Shown here piece after piece: positions 18,001-25,768 of a DNA stretch of 64,000 nt (position 1 is its first letter; each line of letters starts with the position of its first letter). Both the position numbers and the translations under genes were made by a program. Source of the DNA: Myxococcota bacterium (GTDB lineage Bacteria; Myxococcota_A; UBA9160; UBA4427). Location of the stretch: positions 399 to 64,398 of the forward strand of contig JASMLK010000137.1 of assembly GCA_030748735.1 (NCBI GenBank), read 5' to 3'. Under the pieces are notes generated by a model. The model ran no database searches and was not told where the DNA came from. It saw nothing but the letters and a program-made list of their open reading frames with translations.

Positions 18001-20658
18001 GTGCTCTGCTTCGAGTATCCGGACGTGGGGCTCGTGGTTGCGGCAACACCGGGCGAGCGAGACAAGCCCGTCGCTGTCACCAAGGCCCTCATCGCTGCAA
18101 CCGAGCGGCTCATACGAGCCGACCAGAAGCCGGCCCATTCGATGGAGCTTCTGATCTCGATTGGCGAAGGAGACGATCCCGAAGCGGTGGTGGCCGAGGT
18201 CGCGGCCGAAGTCCGCAGCGCCGCACTTCCCTGTCGCCTGGTCGTCGGGCTGATCCTCGATGACGGCGACGATCACTGCAAGACCTTCGAAGCGAAGGGC
18301 GATGAGGGTGTCGGCTTCGTCGAGAACCCCGACTACCTCGAACTCCATCCCGAGACCGCCGAGCGGATTTCGCTGGGGCGACTCGGCAACTTCGAACTCG
18401 AGCGTCTGCCAGGGGAAGAAGGCATCTACGCCTTCTACGGTCGCAGTCGTCAGGAGCCCGGTGACGAGCGCGTCTTCGTGCTCGCCGACGCGCGCGATCG
18501 CACGCCCGGCGCCACGGCCGATGCGGACAAGCGCACCCCGGCGTTCGTTCGCATTTTTCATCGCGCCGCGCGCAGCTTGCGCACGGTGTTGCAGGCGCGC
18601 GACCCGCGCCGCCGCCTGCAGTGGAATCGCATCGCGATCTCGGTCGCGCCGGCGATCCTGCTCGACCGCGAAACGGCGGCCAAGCTTGCCCGGCGCCTGC
18701 TCCCCGCAACGCGCCACCTCGGCCTCGAAAAGGTGACCGTACGACTCTCGCGCCTCGATCCCGAATCGCCAGACACGCCCGCACAGCCCCTCGAAGTGGT
18801 GATCACCGATACCGGTCCGCAGATGGAAATCTCCTGGCGCGAACCTCACGACGAGCCGCTGCAGCCTGCGGGCGACTACGAACGCAAGGTGGTCGCCGCG
18901 CGCAGGCGCCGTCGTGTCTATCCCTACGAGATCATCAGCATGTTGACCTCGGGTGGCGAAGGCCGACTCGCGGACGAGATGACGGAAGACGTCGCGCGCA
19001 CCACCGGCCGCGTGAGTGGTCAGCCGGGTGTGCCGCGCGGGACCTTCGAGGAGTACGACCTCGATGACTCGGTGTCACCGCCGCGAGCAACTCCGATCGA
19101 TCGCGAACCGGGACGCAACACTGCGGCGGTCGTCTTCGGCGTGATCTCGACGCCCACCGACAAGCATCCCGAGGGCATGAAGCGCGTGCTCGCGCTCTCC
19201 GACCCCACTCTGGGGATGGGGGCGTTGTCGATCCCTGAATGCGATCGCCTCGTCGCGGGCCTCGGCCTCGCCGAACGGCTCGGTGTGCCCTTCGAATGGG
19301 TGCCGGTTTCGAGTGGCGCGAAGATCGCCATGGACAGCGGCACCGAAAACCTCGACGCCACCGCGCGTGTCGTGCGACGCATCGTGAACTTCACCCAGGC
19401 GGGTGGTGAGATCAACGTGATCGTGCAGGGCACCAACGTGGGTGCCCAGAGTTACTTCGACGCCCTGGCCACCATGTTGATGCACACCCGGGGTGCGCTC
19501 ATCATGACACCGCGCGCGTCGATGGTGTTGACGGGACGTGCGGCTCTCGAAGCTTCGGGTGCTGTCGCTGCCGAAGACGAAGAAGCGATCGGGGGCTACG
19601 AGCGCATCATGGGCCCCAACGGCCAGGCGCAGTACTACGCGCGCAACCTCGCCGAGGCCTACCAAACCCTCTTCGACTACTACCGCTACACCTATGTCGC
19701 ACCGGGCGAGTCGCGTCCCCGTATGTTCGAAACCGAAGACGCCGACGATCGATCGGTCTGTGATGTCGAGCTCGCGAGCGAAGAGAGCTTCGACTTCAAG
19801 ACCGTGGGCGAGATCTTCGACGACAAAACGAATCCGGGCCGCAAGCGGCCGTTCGACATGCGTTCGGTGATGGCCGCGGTGGTCGATCAGGACGGCGGTC
19901 ACCTCGAACGTTGGCGGCAGATGGTCGGTGCCGAAACCGCGATCGTGTGGGACGCCCATCTCGGTGGTCTCCCCACGACGGTGATCGGCATCGAGAGCCG
20001 CAACATTCCGCGCGACGGCTACCGACCCTTCGACGGACCCGAATCGTGGACCGGCGGAACGCTCTTCCCCTTGTCGTCGAAGAAGGTCGCCCGCGCGATC
20101 AACGCCGCCAGCGGACGACGACCGGTCGTCGTCCTCGCAAACCTGTCGGGCTTCGACGGTTCACCCGAAAGCCTCCGCAAGCTGCAGCTCGAATACGGCG
20201 CCGAAATCGCAACCGCGGTCGTGAACTTCGACGGGCCGCTGCTCTTCCAGGTGATCTCGCGCTACCACGGCGGTGCGTACGTGGTCTTCTCGCAGGAACT
20301 CAACGACTCGATGAAGGCCTTCGCGCTTTCGGGTTCGTATGCATCGGTGATCGGTGGCGGGCCGGCGGCCAAGGTCGTGTTCGCGCGTGACGTTCGCGTG
20401 CGCGTGCTGGCCGACGATCGCGTGAAGCGCTGCGAGCGAGAGCTTCGGGTGCGCGGTACCGAAGAGGCGCGCGAAGCCCTCGATTCGATGATCGAAAACG
20501 TGACCCTCGAAAAGCAGGCCGAACTCGCCAACGACTTCGACGAAGTCCACAGCGTGGAGCGTGCGCGCGAAGTCGGGTCCCTCGAGCGCATCATCGAACC
20601 CGACACGTTGCGCGAAACCCTGATCGGCGAGCTCCGCTCGATGCTGGGCAAGTCGTAG
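15016..20658 (+). CDS. single-chain multidomain acyl-CoA carboxylase (biotin carboxylase - BCCP - long central region - carboxyltransferase)
   Basis: N-terminal ATP-grasp biotin carboxylase (IVNRGEAAMRCVRA, KATAGGGGRGIR, EVNPRLQVEH). Biotinylation motif EAMKME, with the Lys codon at 16873-16875. C-terminal carboxyltransferase-like region from about 19000. ATG 15016 overlaps the PPTase stop by 8 nt. Confidence 0.85.
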   Translation: MAEIKRLAIVNRGEAAMRCVRAVKTLRAHERSDLEVVALFTQPDREAPFVRQADRAIEISHPGGAVSAYLDHDGVLAALKQVEADAVWPGWGFVAESPDFVDRLAEAGITFLGPTADAMRSLGDKITSKLAAEEASVPVSPWSGGELKDEHDALEHARSIGFPIVIKATAGGGGRGIRMIDGEEELAEGFRSAAAEAKGAFGDDRLFLEKRVENGRHIEVQIAADLHGNVVAIGSRDCSVQRRHQKVLEEAPPPDLSASLRGDIEAAAVRIASHVDYSGVGTVEFLLQGDAFYFLEVNPRLQVEHGITEEITGIDLVQLQVRIARGESIKGIEVAERGVAIEARLCAEDPDQGFLPSPGKIVRFEPPMGPRVRIDSGVVAGSTVPPDFDSLVTKLIAVGKDRDDALARLECVLEDLEVVIEGGATNRGYLLEVLGSEEYRGGAVDTGWLDRRERQTSAATGPLAQDSFVAASILAYQRRRAASRLNFYSDVSRIAPERIPASRGQQIDVSYEGESYRTTVYATGAWRYRVHLDGCVVGAYMREEGDNRARLQIDDRVRRLLYDASDLGLRIEIDGHPYRYSWQTAGQVLSGTPAMVVAVHAKEGDTVQAGTPLGLVEAMKMEIAFHAPVSGVVTEVRVRPGQQVSAGEVLLVIDPVKSEGDAAAPSARLALPEQVDALAVLFQPDGGDPLGTPDLLAADRAERPARRAAIDAVLEEVRRVLLGFDANPERSERLVAFLEAPVPEGVSLGFLEQLSRIRDALSSFVDTEELFINAPQASISGEVGPSNAARFRMFVRRLRASGAGIAEEFLDLVRRALAHYDVKQLEPSDALERAVLRLFASQVESELRLRLVLAVVHHLTALAEAGIEFDKDAKLSGTLIRITRMRGRLSDTIADASQEANYVLYEKREVDKAAEQRSRDLEAWLRESESKPTEPSAGVMLEVAAAAKRVFDRVGNWLAATDPSLREIALAAHVQRVYSPAIPAARSFMKRDGVRVLCFEYPDVGLVVAATPGERDKPVAVTKALIAATERLIRADQKPAHSMELLISIGEGDDPEAVVAEVAAEVRSAALPCRLVVGLILDDGDDHCKTFEAKGDEGVGFVENPDYLELHPETAERISLGRLGNFELERLPGEEGIYAFYGRSRQEPGDERVFVLADARDRTPGATADADKRTPAFVRIFHRAARSLRTVLQARDPRRRLQWNRIAISVAPAILLDRETAAKLARRLLPATRHLGLEKVTVRLSRLDPESPDTPAQPLEVVITDTGPQMEISWREPHDEPLQPAGDYERKVVAARRRRRVYPYEIISMLTSGGEGRLADEMTEDVARTTGRVSGQPGVPRGTFEEYDLDDSVSPPRATPIDREPGRNTAAVVFGVISTPTDKHPEGMKRVLALSDPTLGMGALSIPECDRLVAGLGLAERLGVPFEWVPVSSGAKIAMDSGTENLDATARVVRRIVNFTQAGGEINVIVQGTNVGAQSYFDALATMLMHTRGALIMTPRASMVLTGRAALEASGAVAAEDEEAIGGYERIMGPNGQAQYYARNLAEAYQTLFDYYRYTYVAPGESRPRMFETEDADDRSVCDVELASEESFDFKTVGEIFDDKTNPGRKRPFDMRSVMAAVVDQDGGHLERWRQMVGAETAIVWDAHLGGLPTTVIGIESRNIPRDGYRPFDGPESWTGGTLFPLSSKKVARAINAASGRRPVVVLANLSGFDGSPESLRKLQLEYGAEIATAVVNFDGPLLFQVISRYHGGAYVVFSQELNDSMKAFALSGSYASVIGGGPAAKVVFARDVRVRVLADDRVKRCERELRVRGTEEAREALDSMIENVTLEKQAELANDFDEVHSVERAREVGSLERIIEPDTLRETLIGELRSMLGKS

Positions 20659-20708
20659 TCGCAAGGCTGATCGCGGGTCGTCCGACATCGTCCCGCTGGA
20701 GTGCGTGT

Positions 20709-21107
20709 ATGTCGCAGGACGATCGCGAACGAGAACCCGACGTCATTCTTCTCGAAGGCATCGAGGTGCCCTCGGCCCTCGGTGTGAGCGCAGCCGAACG
20801 CCAGATGCGGCGCCCTGTGCGACTCGATCTCGAATTGGGGTTCGACCTCACGGCGGCCGGCCGTTCGGACGATCTCGCCCACACGATCGACTACGGTGAG
20901 GTGTACGAAGTCGTCGAAAAGGTCGCGGGCACGGGAGAGCACGAGTTGGTCGAGGCGCTGGGGCAGCGCATCGCCGATGCGCTCTTCGATCGTTTCGCGA
21001 TCGACTTCGTGAAACTCACGGTGCGCAAGGCGCGGCCGATCGCGGGTGTGCTCGACTGGACGGGTGTGAGGATCACAAGGATGCGCGGCGATCGCGGGAC
21101 GGCTTGA
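20709..21107 (+). CDS. folB: dihydroneopterin aldolase
   Basis: Motif GVSAAERQMRRPVRLDLEL...TIDYGEVY...LVEALGQRIADAL, typical of FolB. 132 aa. Confidence 0.8.
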   Translation: MSQDDREREPDVILLEGIEVPSALGVSAAERQMRRPVRLDLELGFDLTAAGRSDDLAHTIDYGEVYEVVEKVAGTGEHELVEALGQRIADALFDRFAIDFVKLTVRKARPIAGVLDWTGVRITRMRGDRGTA

Positions 21108-21146
21108 TCACCGGTCGGCGCTGGCGCGTTCTGGGGGCAGGGCGAA

Positions 21147-22118
21147 GTGGAGCGAATCGTCGACCGCATGATGGCCGCCATGCTGCGCGGCACACTCGAA
21201 GTGGTCGGTCGCCTGCCCGCGGACTTCGCCCGCGTGTTCTGCGCGACGCTGGCTCGGGGCTACGCGGTGCTCGGCGGGCCCCGTGTCGATGATGCGCGCA
21301 CCAACCTCGCGCTTGCCTTTCCCGAAGTCTCGCAGTCCGCTCGGCAAAAGATCCTGATCGCGAGCTTCGCGAACCTCGGTCGTAGCTTCGCCGAGCTGGC
21401 GCGCATGGTTGCAGCGTCCGACCGTGCGGGGTTCGAACGCGTGCGCATCGAGGGTCGCGAACACCTCGAAGCGCTCGAGCGAGCGCGGGGCAAGGGTGGT
21501 GCGTTGGTGGTGACCGCGCACTTCGGGTCGTGGGAGTTCTGCGCGGCCGCACTCGCCCATCACGGTCTTCCGGTGAGCGTGGTCCAGCACCCGCGGCGCA
21601 ACGTCGAAGTCGATCGCGTCGTGAATGGCTGGCGAGAAGCGAACGGTCTCGAAACGCTCTCGATCGGGCGGGCGGCGCTCGGTGTCTTTCGCGCCCTGGG
21701 ACGAGGTCGTTACGTCGCGCTGCTTCTCGACCAGAACGCCAGTGAGGAAGAGGGCATCTACGCTCCCTTCTTCGGAACCCCGGCCTGTACGCGCAGCGGC
21801 CCCGCGCAACTCGCCATGACGCGCGATGCGCCCGTCGTCCCCGTCTTCTTCTTTCGCGAGGGAACGAGCGGCAATCACACGGCCCGCATCGGCGCTCCCA
21901 TCGAAGTCGAACCCGAAGGGGAGGCGCCCGACAAGGCGCTCGCGGTGAACGTCGAGCGGATGAACGCCGCCATCGAAGCGGCGATTCGCCAAGCGCCCGA
22001 GCAGTGGATCTGGACCCACCGTCGCTTCAAGACACGGCCACGGGGGGCAGCGTCGATCTACCCCCCGCGCCGCGGTCTGCTACGGCGCTTTCGCCACGCC
22101 TTGCGGGGCGCGCGCTGA
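21147..22118 (+). CDS. LpxL/HtrB-family lipid A (Kdo2-lipid IVA) late acyltransferase-like protein
   Basis: Motif VVTAHFGSWEF (HX4E/D block of the LpxL family), LLDQN, PEQWIWTHRRFK tail. GTG start. Confidence 0.75.
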   Translation: MERIVDRMMAAMLRGTLEVVGRLPADFARVFCATLARGYAVLGGPRVDDARTNLALAFPEVSQSARQKILIASFANLGRSFAELARMVAASDRAGFERVRIEGREHLEALERARGKGGALVVTAHFGSWEFCAAALAHHGLPVSVVQHPRRNVEVDRVVNGWREANGLETLSIGRAALGVFRALGRGRYVALLLDQNASEEEGIYAPFFGTPACTRSGPAQLAMTRDAPVVPVFFFREGTSGNHTARIGAPIEVEPEGEAPDKALAVNVERMNAAIEAAIRQAPEQWIWTHRRFKTRPRGAASIYPPRRGLLRRFRHALRGAR

Positions 22119-22937
22119 ACGCCGCCGCGCGCCCATCAGCGCCAGGCCACAGGCGAGCAGCGCGCCGGTCCCCGGTTCGGGGACCGAGGTCAGGGAGTCG
22201 AACGCCACGTAGGTCGGCGTGTTGATCCCGAAGCCGCCCACGTCCGAAGACCCGAAGGTGAGGTCGAGTTCGTCCACGGTGCCGAGCGAAGTGAGGTCGA
22301 CCCACGTCCACGCGTCGACGATGTAGTCGTCCTGCGAATCGGCGAAGCGATAGTCGGCCAGGTAGAACACCACGCTACCCGTCGATGCACCGCCGAGCTT
22401 TCCTTCGATGGTGACGTTGAACCAGTCGGCATCGGTACCCGAGGCCCCGCCGAACTGCTTCGCGAAGCCGTCGCCATTGAGCATCGAGAGGGCGGCGTAC
22501 GTCGTGTTGGCGAGATAGACGCCGGTCACGTCCTGCGCGCTCGCGAGGGTGATGTCCGCCGTATCGGTGTAACCCACACCGAAGTTCCCCCCACCCCCGA
22601 CACCACCGCCCGCGTAGGAGCTGTACTGGTTGCCGAAGCCGGGTGTCGCGATGTCGCCGTGATTCGATACGGCCCAGCCGTCCCAACAGCAGCCTCCACC
22701 GAAGTCGGTGAAGTTGTTGGTAAACGTGCCTTTGCCGGATGCGAAGTCGCCAGCGAGATCGCTGCCGTTGTAGAAGCCGCTACCACCGACCGGAAAACTG
22801 TCGAAGTCGATGGTGGCCGCGTGAGCGGTCGCGGTCGCAAAGCCGAGCGCGCAGGCGATCGCCGTGGCGGCGATCACGCGTGTCGGACGCGAAGCGCGCT
22901 TTGGGGCGACGCACCCCGATCGAGCGTGGATGCTCAT
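22080..22937 (-). CDS. secreted PEP-CTERM sorting-domain protein (possibly DUF4465-like)
   Basis: ATG 22937 follows GAGGAG. Signal peptide IAATAIACALGFATATAHA. C-terminal VPEPGTGALLACGLALMGARRR matches PEP-CTERM. The 3' end overlaps the convergent gene by 39 nt. Confidence 0.8.
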   Translation of the reverse strand: MSIHARSGCVAPKRASRPTRVIAATAIACALGFATATAHAATIDFDSFPVGGSGFYNGSDLAGDFASGKGTFTNNFTDFGGGCCWDGWAVSNHGDIATPGFGNQYSSYAGGGVGGGGNFGVGYTDTADITLASAQDVTGVYLANTTYAALSMLNGDGFAKQFGGASGTDADWFNVTIEGKLGGASTGSVVFYLADYRFADSQDDYIVDAWTWVDLTSLGTVDELDLTFGSSDVGGFGINTPTYVAFDSLTSVPEPGTGALLACGLALMGARRRSARAPQGVAKAP

Positions 22938-23259
22938 GGTTGGTTGTTCTCCTCGTTTCCCCGAAGGCAAACAGCGCGGGTTGCCGCTCGTCGTTGGTGC
23001 GAGTCACGGACCGAATGCGCCGCAAGCGTCAACGCCGGAGAACGACCAGGAGAAAAAGCCGCCGAGGGGCCCGGTTGTGATCGCCTTCGTCGGTGTCGAT
23101 CCGTGTGATCGAACTCGACAAAGGCCGTGGGCCGCGGGCGGCTCGAAGCTCCTTCTCGGTCCCGGAGAAGAACGTCTACTTCGCTGGCTTGGCACCCACT
23201 CGGGTGCGTCCGCCGACCCAACGAACCCCGCTCGTGCGGAAGCTTCGAAGAGCGTTTAT

Positions 23260-23478
23260 GGACGATGGAAGGTCGGTCTTCTGGCTTCTGGATCGACCAA
23301 CATTCGACGCCTTCCCAATCCGTCTCGTGTTGCCATTCGCGTGGAACCCGCGAAACCCACGAACCGCGAACGATTCGCAGGAGCAACCCGGATCAGTGGC
23401 AATTTGTCGATGTTGTCCCCAGTTACAGCGACGGGCTCGCGCCGGACTTTCACCGGCTTCCCCAACGACCTCTCTCTC
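23260..23478 (-). promoter_or_regulatory. cobalamin (B12) riboswitch aptamer
   Basis: The minus strand reads GGUCGUUGGGGAAGCCGGUGAAAGUCCGGCGCGAGCCCGUCGCUGUAAC ... GCCACUG ... GGGAAGGCG ... AGCCAGAAGACCGACC (B12 box at 23271-23286), in canonical order. A long hairpin insertion lies between GCCACUG and GGGAAGGC. Confidence 0.85.
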
Positions 23479-23647
23479 GAATCACGCGACGAGCGGATGC
23501 CCGAAGCAGGCGCCCACTCGAAACGCGACGCGAACGAAGGATCGAACCCTTCCAGCGCATTTCGGTCCGGCCAAGCTACCGGAGCCCGGGTTGTGGTGTC
23601 AATTGGCAACGGCCCGGCGATTACGGTCTCGACGTCGGTCTCGAAAA

Positions 23648-25399
23648 CTACAAAGTCGTCTCTTCGATGTCGTCTTCGGCGACGACCACGCAGTCGCGCC
23701 CCGAAGCCTTGGCTCGATAGAGCGCGCGATCGGCATCGCCGAAGAGCCGCTTGCGGTCGCCGCGATAGAGCGCGACTCCGATCGAAACCGTGACACGCTG
23801 GTGCTCGCTCGGGGGGGCGATGAACAAACGCGTTTCGGAGATCGTCGCGCGCATCTTCTCGGCCAGTTGGGTCGCGCCTTCGAGCGCGGTACCGGGGGCC
23901 AGCAGGGCGAATTCTTCGCCGCCGTAGCGCGCCAACAAGTCGGTGCTGCGCAGGAGCGTCTGCATGACTTCCGCCACCCGACGCAGGATCTCGTCTCCCG
24001 CGGCGTGACCGAGGCGATCATTCCACGCCTTGAAGTGATCGATGTCGATGAGCACGAGCGACAGCGGTTCGCCGGTGCGGTCGACGCGCTTGGCTTCGCG
24101 AATCAGCGTGTCCTGGAAATAGCGGTGGTTGTGCAGGCCCGTGAGTCCATCCGTCACCGACAGCTGGGCGAGGACTTCGTTGGCGCGATGCAGGTCGTCG
24201 TTGCGCTTGACGAGTTCGGTGTTGGCGCGCTCGACGTCCCTATGCGCTGCTTCGATTTCGCGCGCATGGGTCTCGATGCGGTTCGTCATCTCGGAAAACG
24301 CACGGGTCAGCACGGTGATCTCGTCGCCGCTTCCGCCCTCGGGAATCGAAACGTTCTTCTCACCGGCCGTGATGCGCCGCGCAGCGTCGGAAAGGGCTTC
24401 GATGGGCTTCACCATCTTCACGGCGAAGCGATAGGCAGCGAGCGCGAACAACGCCACGATCGCGAGGTTGATCCCGAGTACACGCCGCGTGGCCGACACC
24501 ACGCGCGCATACGCGCGCGAGTACTCTTCTTCGATCACGAGCGTCCAATCGTGTTGTGGTAACGCGATCGCGCTCACGATGAGTCGTTCGCCCTCGGGCC
24601 CGGTCGTATCGACGGTTTCGAGGGTTTCACCCGTGGCGGGGAGCTCGAGCTCGAAGAGTTCGGGGAGCGGGTCGCCCTGGCTGCTTGCGAGGAAGCGACG
24701 GTCGCCGTCGATGATCGAGATGCGTCCTTCGAGCAACCGACCGTGGATGTTCAAGATGTGGGTGAGGCTTTCGAGGTCGAAGATGAGATGAAGGCTCGCC
24801 GCTCCGGTTCCTGTACTGCCGAAGCGAACGCTCGCGATCTGAATGCCGTGTCCTTCCCAACGCTCGGCATGGCTGAACGCCTGGTCGCGCAAGCCGCGCT
24901 GCATCGCGACGGACAATTGCACCTTGGCTCCGCGCCAGAGCAGGGTGTTCCCCGCGGCGTCGACGATGAACGCGGCCTTGAACTCGTCACTTCCCGCAAG
25001 TCGTCGGTCCAACTGCTCGGCGATTTCTTCGCGCGCACGCCGGGCAAGTTGGCCGCCGAGTTGGAGGTCGTTCCAGTAGCTCGCGAGCACGGGGTCGTGC
25101 CGAAAGCGCTCGGCTTCTTCGCTGCGCGCCGCGTACCAGGTGTCGAGTTCGCTCGCGGTGCGCTCGAGCACCACGGGGAAGCTTTCCTGGGTCTTCTCTC
25201 GCAGGAAGGCGTCGGTCGTGTCGAGGGAGATCGCGGAAATCACGAGCGCCGTGCACAGCGTGACGCCGAGCACGAAGAAGCCCAAACGCGTCGGGAGGCT
25301 TCCGAGCGGTCTACGCCAGACCCCGTAGTCGTCCTCGCGGGAATCGTGCGCCGCGTGCGAATCGGGGGGCGTCGCACGATTGGGCACGTGGGTCGCCAT
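23648..25399 (-). CDS. membrane sensor diguanylate cyclase (periplasmic sensor - HAMP - GGDEF)
   Basis: Two TM segments flank a roughly 270-aa periplasmic region. HAMP-like linker present. GGDEF domain with RYGGEEFALL. Confidence 0.85.
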   Translation of the reverse strand: MATHVPNRATPPDSHAAHDSREDDYGVWRRPLGSLPTRLGFFVLGVTLCTALVISAISLDTTDAFLREKTQESFPVVLERTASELDTWYAARSEEAERFRHDPVLASYWNDLQLGGQLARRAREEIAEQLDRRLAGSDEFKAAFIVDAAGNTLLWRGAKVQLSVAMQRGLRDQAFSHAERWEGHGIQIASVRFGSTGTGAASLHLIFDLESLTHILNIHGRLLEGRISIIDGDRRFLASSQGDPLPELFELELPATGETLETVDTTGPEGERLIVSAIALPQHDWTLVIEEEYSRAYARVVSATRRVLGINLAIVALFALAAYRFAVKMVKPIEALSDAARRITAGEKNVSIPEGGSGDEITVLTRAFSEMTNRIETHAREIEAAHRDVERANTELVKRNDDLHRANEVLAQLSVTDGLTGLHNHRYFQDTLIREAKRVDRTGEPLSLVLIDIDHFKAWNDRLGHAAGDEILRRVAEVMQTLLRSTDLLARYGGEEFALLAPGTALEGATQLAEKMRATISETRLFIAPPSEHQRVTVSIGVALYRGDRKRLFGDADRALYRAKASGRDCVVVAEDDIEETTL

Positions 25400-25464
25400 A
25401 CATATTGAGTTTTCGGCGCATTCTCATGCCCGCTTGATCGCCGGTCGGGCGCGGCTGCGAGTCC

Positions 25465-25532
25465 GGCGGACAAAGGCGGACAAAACGCAGGGCGCACGCA
25501 GACCGTGCGCGACAAAGCCCGACAAAACGCAC
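25465..25532. repeat. phased GACAAA direct repeats flanking a GC palindrome
   Basis: GGCGGACAAA occurs twice in tandem (25465-25484). The palindrome GCGCACG-cagac-CGTGCGC follows. Then GACAAAGCCCGACAAAACGCA. The four GACAAA copies form two pairs, each pair spaced 10 bp. Confidence 0.7.
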
Positions 25533-25590
25533 TCATGTCCCTGCCGTGGCAGCGGAACCTGCGGGCCGGCTGCGTTCGTGCTGCAGGCCA

Positions 25591-25768
25591 GCCTGCATTC
25601 CTCACCAGGCCTCTACTGCGGCGGCACATCTCCGCACTCCGGCGGCAGAAATCGACCTCCGCGTGCTCGCCGTGGCTACGGCCACGCCTCCGCGCGCGAA
25701 TCCCGATTTCTGCCGCCGGAGCACGAATCTGCACCACCTCGCTACGAGGCCTGGTGAGAAATGCAGGC
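25591..25768. repeat. imperfect palindromic intergenic repeat, copy B
   Basis: Termini are GCCTGCATTCCTCACCAGGCCTC ... GAGGCCTGGTGAGAAATGCAGGC (one mismatch). The interior is collinear with copy A. The right end touches the dnaA stop codon (25768-25770). Confidence 0.85.

Noticed and set aside
23520-23560. tRNA-like T-arm (GAAGGATCGAACCCTTC) between the riboswitch and the GGDEF gene.
   Set aside because: No complementary acceptor stem, anticodon arm or D-arm could be built around it. The loop is ATCGAAC rather than TTCGAAT.
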